NCBI GenBank assembly: GCA_051362555.1 | Contig: CM120640.1 | Location: 62,288,788-62,352,787 of the forward strand | DNA: 64,000 nt | Reading direction: 5' to 3' | DNA from: Lingula anatina | Lineage: Eukaryota; Animalia; Brachiopoda | Part shown: positions 55,629-64,000 of the stretch, piece after piece | Position numbering within the stretch: position 1 is the first letter of the stretch | Layout: every line of letters begins with the position of its first letter | Notes under the pieces: generated by a model | Told to the model about the DNA's origin: nothing | The model's input: the letters and a program-made list of their open reading frames with translations, nothing else | The model's database searches: none | Program-made: the position numbers and the translations under genes

Positions 55629-58600
55629 TCCTTTTTCCCTTGAGTTAAAACTGCCCATCTAGAGGATGAAAATTAATATTTATATTAATATCTGCTAGCT
55701 TCTAGCATCAAGTTTACTGTTGAGGGATTTCGCAAGATACTTCTTTCAATACAGGGTGTATCTCACTGGGTTTGCAAGTGCTTTGCACACAGCAAGTTTA
55801 ACAGAAAATATTCTCAACAGCCTGTTGCAACATGCAACACTGCAGCATAAAACACACAATCTTCCTGTAATACTTACAGCAGGACCTGGCATTTTTCTGT
55901 TGGGATTCATGCATCTACGGTCTATTTGCATGTGCAGCAAGTTTCACGCCCCCATTCATCCCATGAGTAAACTCACCAGAAGAAGGAAAAGAACGTGTGC
56001 CTGGTACACATATCTCTTGATAGTCTTTATTAAATCTCTTCCTATGGTACATCTGCATGGCTGACAGTATTCGGATCCAGGGTTTGGTCCCACTGCAATC
56101 ACTAATATGATTGTTTTGGTTTCTCTGTTACAAGAGGAAACAAATATGTCCAAGGCTGCAGTATCTGTTTGCTGCTTGCAACATTAACTGGCCCCGAGTA
56201 CGTTTGCAGATTATAGTCTGGTAGTGAAGAGAAAAAGCTATTTATATAATCAAATCAAAATATTATTAGTATTCTTTTATGTTATCACACAAATAAACTT
56301 GAGTTATTATATTTTTTTTTAGATATTTCTTATCCTTGCAAGACAAACTTAGAAATAGACACCGGGATCTTTTGATTATAGCTAGTGTATATTCTATTAA
56401 TTTTTTTTCTCTAGTATCTTCTCCTCTATATTTCACGTGGAATTAGTGTGAACTGAAACCAGTCTTTTGCCTTTTAAAAACTTGTCAGCAGATATATCAT
56501 CAGAATTCGAACTCACTGTCTCATATTAATGATTTTTATGTATGTTCAAAGCCAGTTGCTCAGAGGATCTGTAATGGTATTTTATCAGCAAAATGATAGA
56601 GGATGATTTTAGATAAGATTATAGGAAGGCCCATTTAAATCCTCCCTTCCAACCTCACTTTACCCTTTCTCTCTGCTGTATCAGTTGCATAAATAGGCAT
56701 TTTTCACAAATAGATTTAATAGAATGGATACGTTATGATGGTACCTAGATTCCTCATCAGAATTGGTGACAGTTCAAGTTGCCAAGTAAACTGCCTTGTG
56801 ATAGTTGCCATATATATATACCCTAGATAACCTAGGCTTGTTCCCAAGGGACCCTCCTCAATAATAGACTTGTAAGTAGTGGCTAGATTGCCATTTCAGC
56901 ACAATCGATAAAAGGCTGAGCACCATCCACAACAGGAAATTGAGAGTTCTCAGAAAGGCCTGCAATCTGTATATTACGCAGCTTGGATTTTGTTTCTGTC
57001 CTTGGTTTGAAAGTCTGTCTAGGACCCAGCAATTAGCCCTGATCTATAGGGAGGTTTAGTTGAATGACCAGGCAAATTTATTTCTCTTCTTTGAAGCAAC
57101 CTGGTGAACAGTAGAATTCTCCTTCAGCCTTGCAAACTTTGACATTGTGCTCTAGTGCAGGAACTGTGAGCTGATAGTCCCGGAGCTTCCAGTATGATCT
57201 AAGCACATAGTCTGTTAGTCATATCAGGCTGGCTTTGTGGGCTGTTATGGTCAGTTTTATTCTTCAGAAATTGGGATGGAAGGATACAGAATTGATAACC
57301 AGTTGCGATGTACAGAAGGTGGGTAATTCTGATAGGGAATAGATGGATTGGAGGGTAGAAAATTTAAAGAAGACTAGAATTATATTGTGTTAGAAATATA
57401 GAATAATCTAACATCATTTGCTGGAGTGGCATTCATTGATCTTCCATGTGTCAGTGATAAAGTGTGCATATTTCTTCTGCGCTGGAAGGTGAATACATAT
57501 GCCCTTGCTTTGATTTTTTTTCATGATGAATAAATGTTGTAGGGTTTTTGGAAATAGGTAATGTGATTTTTATAAATGGACTCGAGAAGATATTGGTTCC
57601 AAGAAAGGTGTTTCAAATGAAATTTGTTTGTTGTCATACCTGAAGTATCTGTTCACCCAGTTTGTGTTCAGAGTGGAAAACCATGAATCTGTAGGATATA
57701 TTTTCTAAGGTGCTCTGTGCCTGTAGGTTAGCTTTTGGAACACATTGCAGTTCCCCCCCCAGCAAACTTGCAGGGAAATTTACAGATAATGAGCTCAAAA
57801 TCTGCTGTCAAATATTTTAGCAGTTCTGAGTAATTCTCAGTTTAATTAATTCTAAACAATTTTCTGTCATTTTGTACTATGACTTAGGTTTCTAGTCCTT
57901 TAAGATTGTTATAAAAGGCAAGGTACTTTTGGAATAGAAGATTGATACTCAAAAGCTTTTAGATTTAGATTTTTTTTTGGAACATCCAAGATTTATACAT
58001 TTGCAGGGTTTAAGAATAAAAATATTTTTGTAAATTTGTATAGTTAAAATAAGATTGAGCTGGCTGCTCTCAGTATCAAAACACAATGCTTTCCTCAGCA
58101 AGTGAAAGGACATGATTTCTTTCACGTATCTTTTATTCCTTGCAATTACAATTTTTTATCACCCATGAACCAAATTGACACAGAATGGTGTTTGTCTCAC
58201 TGCAGAAGCCATGTGTTATGAAACTTTACATGGGAGAGACATGTCCAATGGCAGAACAATTTTTTTTTTGCCAGGAAGAGGTTAGCAAGAGAGCTTGGCA
58301 TGTTTGTATGTTAAAGGGATGGGGAGGTTGTGCATGTTATCCCAATTTTGACTTTTGTTTGGTATGATGCCATTGATCTGAACACCAAGATTACTTGTAC
58401 ATGTTATACAGCGTTTCTTTTCCAAGCATACGGAAATCCTACTGGTAATATTAAGATATTTATTTCTTTGCTTCACTTGTTTACCTTGTTTGTTTGGCAC
58501 CATATTTTAAGTTAACTTGGAGTTTTGAGCTCCTCTTTTTATAACAGGGTCTTCCTTTTAACCTTACTGCATTACTCAAAGAAAAAAGATTCAATCCAGT

Positions 58601-61600
58601 TCATATTTATAATTTTCTTTTCATCCTCAGTGACCTGCCACTTAATATTTCACCTGTCAAAAGAGCTGGTACCCATTTGAAAAGGTTTGCAATTTTTGTG
58701 TTTGCTTCTAGGTCTCTAAGGTGCAATCTGCATGACCGAGGAAAAAGCAAAGGTGGATTATTGATTTACCTTTGCAACTTTGCCAACCATCAGTAGGATT
58801 TGATAAAAATTGGACATAAACTTTAGATTGGGCTGATGGCACCCTCTGGTGTGTTTTCTTGGAACCTTATTGAAATTCTGTGATGTAGGAGCATAAAATG
58901 ACTTCAATAAATCCAAGGTGGCCATTCTATGCTGTCTGAGTGCTGAGAAAGTACTGGACTTCCTTTCTCTGTGTTTTGTAATCACAGTCTCATTCCCTGC
59001 TTAATCCACATTCAGTGAACTGGCTAATATTGATTTCTACAACATATCCTGTTATTATATTTGATGCCCCATTAATGGACCATGTCACGAAGAAGGATTC
59101 ACAGAAAATGGCCATGATTTCACTGGATTTTACATAAAAGAAACCATTTACAGAAGTGGTTTACATACAGCCAGTTGATAAACTTTGCTGAGGACATGGT
59201 AAGTCTGTTGGTCAAAGAACAGGACTACTTTAAAGATCACTTGGACATCCAGAGAAGCTTTCCACTGCTGGCTGTAGTATATAAGGCATGGTAATAGGTT
59301 TATTTTTAAAGGGAAAAATATCTTTATGTCTGTGCAGTGACAGGGAGACCAGTGGCCCATAGAGTCTGCAACCTCTTTAAAAATATTTCAACAAGATCTC
59401 AGCAGTTCCATGTTCTTTTTTTCCTGCATTCCACGGGGCTTGATGCATCTTGATGCACCAGTTTGAGACATGTTCCATAGCACTTGGAGGTAGATCTAGT
59501 GGTGATGAACCATGGTGTTTGGAACGCTCTTAAACTGGCAGGTTAATCGCTGTAGACATGCACTTTTCGGGTAAATTTCACTCTAGATTTAGGAGGCCAT
59601 TTGTTGAGAATTTACCTTGCCTGCCCATTCAGACTTAGCTGTCATTTTTACACCTGCCAAAGGACTGAAGAAGCACTGGGATGCCTTGCTCTGTGGATTC
59701 TGCTGTCAGATGAGATCAGGTTCCATGTGTATTTTTTTTAAAAAAAAAGCATTTTACTTAATAAAAAGACTCCCCCCTTACAACCCTTAGTCTAATTGGA
59801 CTCTGAACTGAACAGGTTCTTATTTTTGACTGCTGCAAAGATGGGTTTGAGAAATTTCTTCAGACTTTTTATGATGCTTTATGGAGCTGGAAATGTCTGT
59901 CCTGTTAAGGGAAGAAACCACCTGCAACTAGCTGCTGGTGGGTAGAAATAATCACTCTTATCTACTGTGGCAGTATTCAGTCTATGGTTTCTTGTTAATT
60001 ATTACCCCTGACTTTTAATTACCCGTAATGGGAGCTGATCACCCTGTGTGCCCTCTAGAAAGAAATATGTATGTGACCTTTTCTGCTGTAGTCTGGTGGA
60101 TATGCTAAGTGGCTTTTATTTATTGGCAGGTCAAAATTGCTTGGATTTGACATTCTGGTTGATGTAAAGTTAGATTGTATTATCTATAATATAGGCACTT
60201 AACCAGTGAACTTTCAGGCAATTCAGACTAAGTGGTTCATGAAGAGGGATATGCGTTGTCAATACAAGCTATTTTGAACAGTGTCTGTGTGATAATATGG
60301 GTTCAATGGTTGATGTACACTTGCTGCACATATAGCTGAGAAATGGTTGTGCCCTGTCACTCTTAGAAGAGCTGTATGTAAGTGTGCACTGTCCTCAGGC
60401 CATCAAAATATCATTTATTTGGTTTTTGTACTGATTAAATGATTGACTGATGGCAAAGTTAAAGGCACAGTGATTTGAATAAAAGTCATATAATAAGAAT
60501 AAGACTGTTGTGTATGTGATTTCAGGAATTTTAAGGACATTAAATGTCTCGATAGCTATCAGCATTATAGCTTGAACATCTTGAGCTGTGGCTAGCTAGA
60601 GATAAGACGGAAGTTTATTAATTTGCCAGTTTGCTAATGAACAATTACTACGCATAAATGGATTGAATTAGAATCTAATGAGACATATTTGCCAAGTTAC
60701 AGGACTAGCAATTTTTAAGCATGTTTTTGTAATTCCATAGTTTGGCTATAAGATTAAATTAACCTATAGGGATTTTATACAATTAGTGAAATTGATCAGT
60801 GAAAATGAAAAAGACTGGTGAATAAACTTTTTTCCTTGGCATATGACTCCTTTGGCTTATTTGCTGTCCTTCACCATTCCAATCCATGTGAAACACTGAA
60901 ATTATCTGTAGTTGCTTGGTAATTGCAAGTTCTTGGCAGCCAGTTTACTTTATTTCCTCTGCCAATGATCTTTCAAGATGTTCTGCTTACAAAAGGATGA
61001 GGAGATCAATATGTACAGTTCACGATGTAGTTTGACTCCTTGCGTACTTTAACCCCCCCTCCCTTCGTAGGGTGGAGGGGCAGTTTATTGGCACAAAAGA
61101 AAAAAAGTGTTAAGAACTTTGACTGTGCTTTCTACTTTATCCTTACTGTCTTATGTTAGATGATGTCTATACATTCATTCAAAACAAACTTTCATGTTTT
61201 GGAGTTATCATTGGTCTAATGAAAAGCTCTAAGCATGTTTTTACATCAAATGAAATACATAAGTTTTGAACGTGGCATATTTTTGGAATGTGAATGTGAT
61301 GGTTATCAATGATAAAAATTGCTTTATTTTGGTAGAAATATATTCCTCCTAAATACTAGTGTGCTGCAAATTATACAATTGTAAAGTGATATATGATGTG
61401 GTGAGTGTTATCTTGCTTTAATGTCTAAGAAAACTTTTTCTCTGTTATTTCAGAAGGATGCTATGGCTCCAAACCAGACCAATGTCTCTACCACAGCCAC
61501 CAGTAATCCCCCCATGTCTGTGAGGACACCCAAACAGAAAAATGTGACTCTTTTGCAGCAGTCCAAGATGTCTGTCTCCACTCCATCTCTGTCTTCTGTA

Positions 61601-62612
61601 AAGGAAGGAGAAGGTATGGACGTTTGCCTCTTTATTTTCCCTCTCATATGCCAGGGTTTCATTGATGCATTTTGACTTTCTGGTTGGAATCGATTTAGAT
61701 ATAATGATTCATGTGCAATACTGGTAATGTACGTTGTGCTGTTTAAATTATTGAAAGACAAAAATGGGATGAATTATTAAAGATGCTGTTAACTTTGAAA
61801 TTAAAGTTCAAAGTTTAATTCCTCTAGTAGGTTATCCGATCATTTAAATCATTGTCGTTTATGTGTAATTACTGGTACTTCAGTTGCAGATTGTCGGAGA
61901 TCTGGCACATTCAATGAAGGGCATATCACAAAGGAAGAGGCCTTGTAAGTAACTGGTCTTCTCTGTTGTCACTCTCCCTGTCTGCTCTAACTCCATAACC
62001 TAGAATTCTTTAAAATGCATTTCCTTAGTTCCAGATTTAATTGTGATGTATTTTTTATTATTGTGTGACTCTTGATTTTGTTTAGTTTGCTTTTTCTCCC
62101 CTTTTAGATTTACTTTAGAAAGTATTATTTATCTCACTATTTCTTTATTATTCACCAAGTAGTAGCCATTTGATTATTTTTTTGATAACTTAATTAATAA
62201 TTGTTTGTTTGTATGTGGTGTATTTTGTCAGTCAGTGACAAGTATGATACAGCTTTTATTAGGGGGTCTCTGCAGAATTTGAATGATTTGGCTGATTGTC
62301 ACTTCCTGTACACTATTATTGAATAACAAAGAAAAATTTGTTTTCAAAAGTCTTGTCATATTATATCTGTATGTTTAGCAACTTTCAATTGAAATTAATA
62401 TGGGTGTACAAGTTGATCTTTTAGATTCCAAAATACCTTGTTAGGCCCTAAAATGAGGGATGTGTATTTTACTTATTGCATAAAAGACGAGCTGTATGTT
62501 GCTGAACTGCAGTGACTTAAATTGACCCTTCTTTCAATTTTATTTTCTTTAACATAAATAGCACTGAGAAGCAGAGTCATGTAACAATTCGAAAGCTAGT
62601 AGAAGAACACGA
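12977..62612 (+). CDS. AKAP13/ARHGEF28: Multi-exon Lbc-family Rho guanine nucleotide exchange factor (AKAP13/ARHGEF28-like), 5' part; continues beyond the window
   Basis: Exons 12977-13009, 14567-14714, 16464-16760, 20313-20496, 23242-23369, 30955-31047, 31958-32197, 36688-36776, 43732-43813, 51600-52050, 53593-53801, 55332-55447, 61454-61613, 61884-61944 and 62562-62612 join with GT-AG sites into one open frame. The N-terminus (MAYTPTEAPVYGGG...YFIFQGSSQRH...LDDRLTKAFEHLHVPDTWNLLG...PRETLLHFSARLGL...LLDKPG) matches the human AKAP13 N-terminus as I recall it (MKLNPQQAPLYG...FYLVFLGSTLRH...LDKKLVLAFRHLKLPTEWNVLG...PRETLMHFAVRLGL...LLQKPG). Probably co-orthologous to several vertebrate paralogues. 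Confidence 0.9.
14567..14714 (+). CDS. AKAP13/ARHGEF28: Coding exon 2: GGGTIVASFSDH...INPPTLEAVIP (DBB-like domain)
   Basis: Acceptor ccttttccag, donor CAG|gtctgt, 148 nt, phase 0 to 1; family similarity. Confidence 0.9.
16464..16760 (+). CDS. AKAP13/ARHGEF28: Coding exon 3: EHDKSEVVQLSICL...PDTWNLLGFPDE
   Basis: Acceptor tcttttcttctag, donor AAG|gtatgt, 297 nt, phase 1 to 1; strong family similarity (AQFL, LDxxL, WNLLG). Confidence 0.93.
17126..17182. repeat. (CA)n microsatellite, about 28 units
   Basis: Read directly from the sequence. Confidence 0.97.
17901..18055. mobile_element. Degenerate small MITE
   Basis: aactcgaaagcattgc (17910-17925) is an inverted match to gcaatgctttgagtt (18025-18039) with one indel; CpG-rich interior; right end runs into G14. 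Confidence 0.45.
18804..19351. mobile_element. MITE, about 548 bp, 40-bp TIRs (TAGAGAGTTTTGGCAAGGCCTTCCGTA...)
   Basis: The ends are inverted repeats with 2 mismatches over 40 bp; flanks read as a TTA (3-bp) or AT (2-bp) TSD; CpG-rich interior. Confidence 0.9.
20313..20496 (+). CDS. AKAP13/ARHGEF28: Coding exon 4: EPRPRETLLHFSARLGL...FADLFT (ankyrin-like)
   Basis: Long pyrimidine tract then cacag, donor GA|gtaagt, 184 nt, phase 1 to 2; RETLLHF ankyrin-like motif shared with AKAP13. Confidence 0.93.
23242..23369 (+). CDS. Coding exon 5: DYNKHDIVQWDTGRV...RESMKSV
   Basis: Acceptor ttccattccag, donor TTG|gtgagt, 128 nt, phase 2 to 1, open frame; missed by the ORF track. Confidence 0.8.
24282..24300. 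repeat. G19 homopolymer
   Basis: Read directly from the sequence. Confidence 0.9.
25130..25794 (+). promoter_or_regulatory. Putative internal promoter and 5'UTR of the short isoform
   Basis: Local GC and CpG enrichment and a CAGC/CAGT motif run (cagccagccagtcagtcagtc) directly upstream of the ATG exon at 25795. Confidence 0.4.
25795..25852 (+). CDS. Candidate alternative first coding exon MDADIGASSSGDDDVFDSG
   Basis: aacATGg start context, donor GAG|gtgggt, phase 1 matches the exon at 30955; preceded by about 650 nt of GC/CpG-enriched UTR-like sequence. Confidence 0.62.
30955..31047 (+). CDS. Coding exon 6: DEDISLLRDFSQLMHG...EPKPWKP
   Basis: Branch-like ctaac, long T tract and tgtag acceptor; donor CAG|gtatga; 93 nt, phase 1 to 1. 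Confidence 0.82.
31958..32197 (+). CDS. Coding exon 7: DAPGIQEEGDIDDDFLQRRHYSDS...SPRQKIL
   Basis: Acceptor ttgtttag, donor TAG|gtaaga, 240 nt, phase 1 to 1, GC-richer than flanks. Confidence 0.85.
32973..33010. repeat. 18-bp tandem duplication acctttatttcatcc(c/t)ag
   Basis: Two copies with 1 mismatch. Confidence 0.85.
33055..33390 (+). mobile_element. Possible decayed L1/Tx1 LINE 3' end
   Basis: ORF ILG...LN...KLKKRHSLLKQFLKH loosely resembles a Tx1 ORF2 C-terminus and is followed by a TG-rich tail; weak. Confidence 0.25.
34000..34038. repeat. C13A26 compound homopolymer
   Basis: Read directly from the sequence. Confidence 0.9.
36688..36776 (+). CDS. Coding exon 8: EANLRRLQDIHEGIQLLKQFNQGQMTGHEQ
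   Basis: Acceptor ttttattttcag, donor CAG|gtaggg, 89 nt, phase 1 to 0. Confidence 0.82.
38675..38755 (+). CDS. Candidate alternative first or cassette exon, polybasic MKQLKMVRKKLRKKLRKNSSTKKIHAK
   Basis: 27 codons ending at a consensus donor AAG|gtgagt; phase 0 matches the exon at 43732; in-frame stop upstream at 38657. Confidence 0.4.
39342..41152 (+). mobile_element. Helentron-associated non-autonomous element (HINE/DINE-1-like), composite, with 159-bp tandem core
   Basis: T-run, then subTIR atgtacagaca plus its inverted copy (14-bp hairpin 39346-39375), a (GTC/GCC)n microsatellite and 159-bp repeats. The 3' end has subTIR tgtctgtacat (41120-41130), a short hairpin (41133-41147) and ttgtt. 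Confidence 0.8.
39521..39905 (+). repeat. Tandem repeat, 159-bp unit, about 2.4 copies; further copies at about 40700-40888
   Basis: The anchor gcaggt(c/t)aagttc recurs at 39525, 39684 and 39843 (period 159). Confidence 0.92.
41350..41600 (-). mobile_element. Decayed tyrosine-recombinase C-terminus (DIRS-like retroelement remnant)
   Basis: The minus strand gives, in order across frames, DPLF, FTQGQFKK, SPQS..SAT.QA..MG.S and IIHSLAR*; this resembles PLF...LTxxQF...SHSFRIGAATxAxxxG...IxxLGRW. Confidence 0.4.
41618..41644. repeat. T14G13 compound homopolymer
   Basis: Read directly from the sequence. Confidence 0.9.
43732..43813 (+). CDS. Coding exon 9: EERRDSLNRFSTSCPSLADPEVPYKYN
   Basis: Acceptor ttctttttcag, donor ATG|gtaagt, 82 nt, phase 0 to 1. 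Confidence 0.85.
51600..52050 (+). CDS. Coding exon 10: DHHQSMLNIGEERDDQVEEEEEEDDDEDE...LLAVSGK (acidic, low complexity)
   Basis: Very long pyrimidine tract then ctag, donor AAG|gtgggt, 451 nt, phase 1 to 2; overlaps ORF 51614-52072. Confidence 0.88.
53593..53801 (+). CDS. Coding exon 11: SMSLSSLDSAAEESEEEE...PRHSWAGSYTTDIIGSPE
   Basis: Acceptor ttgtttttcag, donor AAG|gtaggt, 209 nt, phase 2 to 1. Confidence 0.87.
55332..55447 (+). CDS. Coding exon 12: ASGARNGMSPPDRPLSQG...NSSNESQ
   Basis: Acceptor cttcaaaacag, donor CAG|gttagt, 116 nt, phase 1 to 0, GC/CpG-richer than flanks. Confidence 0.82.
55576..55626. repeat. (CT)n(CA)n compound microsatellite
   Basis: Read directly from the sequence. 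Confidence 0.95.
56740..57150 (-). mobile_element. Decayed non-LTR retrotransposon (CR1/L2-like) reverse transcriptase fragment
   Basis: Minus-strand motifs in RT order with frameshifts: STVHQ (57101-57115), KLRNIQIAG, IVL-NG, G-PLGTSLG (like GVPQGSxLG) and CHQF-DE (like FADD). Confidence 0.55.
59030..59480 (-). mobile_element. Decayed DIRS-type RNase H fragment
   Basis: The minus strand gives DASS, GHW, INLL...QQW, VVLFFDQQT and GASNIITG in the order of DIRS RNase H motifs (TDAS, GxW, INxLE..W, DN, GxxNxxAD). Confidence 0.45.
61454..61613 (+). CDS. Coding exon 13: KDAMAPNQTNVST...SVSTPSLSSVKEGE
   Basis: Acceptor ctgttatttcag (NAGNAG), donor AAG|gtatgg, 160 nt, phase 0 to 1. Confidence 0.84.
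61884..61944 (+). CDS. Coding exon 14: VADCRRSGTFNEGHITKEEA
   Basis: Acceptor gtacttcag (alternative in-frame CAG 6 nt later), donor TT|gtaagt, phase 1 to 2; needed to bridge the phases of exons 13 and 15. Confidence 0.72.
62562..62612 (+). CDS. Coding exon 15: FTEKQSHVTIRKLVEEH
   Basis: Pyrimidine tract then aaatag, donor GA|gtgagt, 51 nt, phase 2 to 2. Confidence 0.72.
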
Positions 62613-64000
62613 GTGAGTGATGCCCTTCACCTTTCCTTTTATCTGTTATACTCAATGCAGCTTGAAAGCCTGATGCTCAAGGGATGTGCCTTTATATTTT
62701 CTGTTTTAACATTATCCATTGATGACTGATAAAATTTGCTAATGTATTGCCAGCCATGTTGAAGAAAGTTTTATCATAATGTCTCAGCATTTTGTTGCAA
62801 GGAGATAATTAGGAATGTAGTTATTGCTTTATAACTTTCAACAGATGTATTGAAATGGATTTCCCAATTTTTTTTTTTTTTTTCTTTTTTTTTACAAAAT
62901 CTTAGTATAAGTGAGGTAGCACATTTTGGTGATTAGCAAAAATTATCAATTTTTAGAAAAAAAAATTGAGAAATGTCACTGAAAACTGTTACCGTCAGTG
63001 TCTCCATAAAGCACCATTATGACTATATATGTATGTTCTGTATAAAGGCAACATTCCCATTAGCATCTCTTTTGCTGTATTGTATTTGTCACTTTTCACT
63101 TCACTTCTTGCTTTTGCTTGTTAGATTCTTCGTTTTTACTTTTGTCATCTAGTTTTTCTTTTGACTTGCTTTCTGACCATGCTAGCTTTTAAATGTATAA
63201 CAACAGTTAATAAATATATAAATATATATTGGTATGTCTTATAACAGATATATTGACATTACTTTTATGAAATGTGATATCCATGCTTTTAGAAGGCCTG
63301 TCAGAAATTATTATTAAATCTTATTGCAGCTGGACTCCTGTCTGTCATCCATTGATTTCCACTTCCTGTCATTATAGAAATGTAGATGAAGCTATTTTAT
63401 TGTTATACAAAATCTGTATTATTATGGATTCCTGCTTATCAGTCTATAGTTCATTACAGTTTATTGAATTGTCATTTGTGAACAATCTGGTAGAATTATA
63501 ACATGCCAAAAGAAATAATTCTGAAACAAATTCCTTGCAACCATTCAAAACAGGTGGAATTTTTTTTTTTTTTTTTTTTTGTAATTGGGTTTGGAATTTT
63601 GCATTTTTTGATATGCTTTGTTTAGCAGAAATTACATAGCCTTTTTTAAATGTATTGATATGTGGTCAAAGGGAAAAAAAGCATTCTGCATTTAATTGAC
63701 TTGCTAGTAATTAATGTCATATAAATTTAACGATGGGGCATCCAAGGTGCCATTGCTCTACTCTGTCGCCACGTTTTTCAGCTTGTTTTAAAAATGCTTT
63801 GCAAAGTCACAAGTGTATTTAATAAACTCAGGTGCTGTGGACATACAGTCAGAAATTTATGCCCTTCCCAACCAATGAAAACATGATTCACACCAATCAA
63901 ATACCTGGATTCCAAGAATGTTAATCCAGAACTTTCCCAGAGGCCTTTGAGCGACTATGTAATAATAGCAGACCTTGAGCTACAAACATATTCCTTGACT

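Noticed and set aside
58712-58735. Acceptor ttgcttctag followed by VSKVQSA-stop
   Set aside because: Immediate stop and no good nearby donor; a poison or terminal exon cannot be supported from sequence alone.
1-64000. tRNA, rRNA, snoRNA or a nested minus-strand protein-coding gene
   Set aside because: No recognisable RNA gene motifs and no chain of phase-consistent minus-strand exons by eye; a covariance-model search would be needed to exclude small RNAs.

Overview
This is AT-rich, CpG-depleted animal DNA with GT-AG introns. The repeat content suggests a marine invertebrate such as a mollusc, but that is inference. The window holds the 5' part of one large + strand gene of the Lbc RhoGEF family (AKAP13/ARHGEF28-like). 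I reconstructed 15 phase-consistent coding exons from 12977 to 62612 (2342 nt, about 780 aa). They encode the AKAP13/ARHGEF28-type N-terminal module (DBB-like plus ankyrin-like), then a long acidic, Ser-rich region. The C1, DH and PH domains should lie beyond the window. The most interesting signal is a set of intronic, phase-matched candidate first exons at 7564, 25795 and 38675, which would give the GEF quite different N-termini (extended, acidic or polybasic). The introns also carry two young MITEs, a composite Helentron-type (HINE) element with a 159-bp tandem core, decayed LINE and DIRS remnants, microsatellites and long poly-G/C tracts. Most ORFs in the supplied track are non-coding. I found no prokaryotic system, CRISPR array or RNA gene, and nothing that clearly qualifies as a new biological system. 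All alignments were done by eye.
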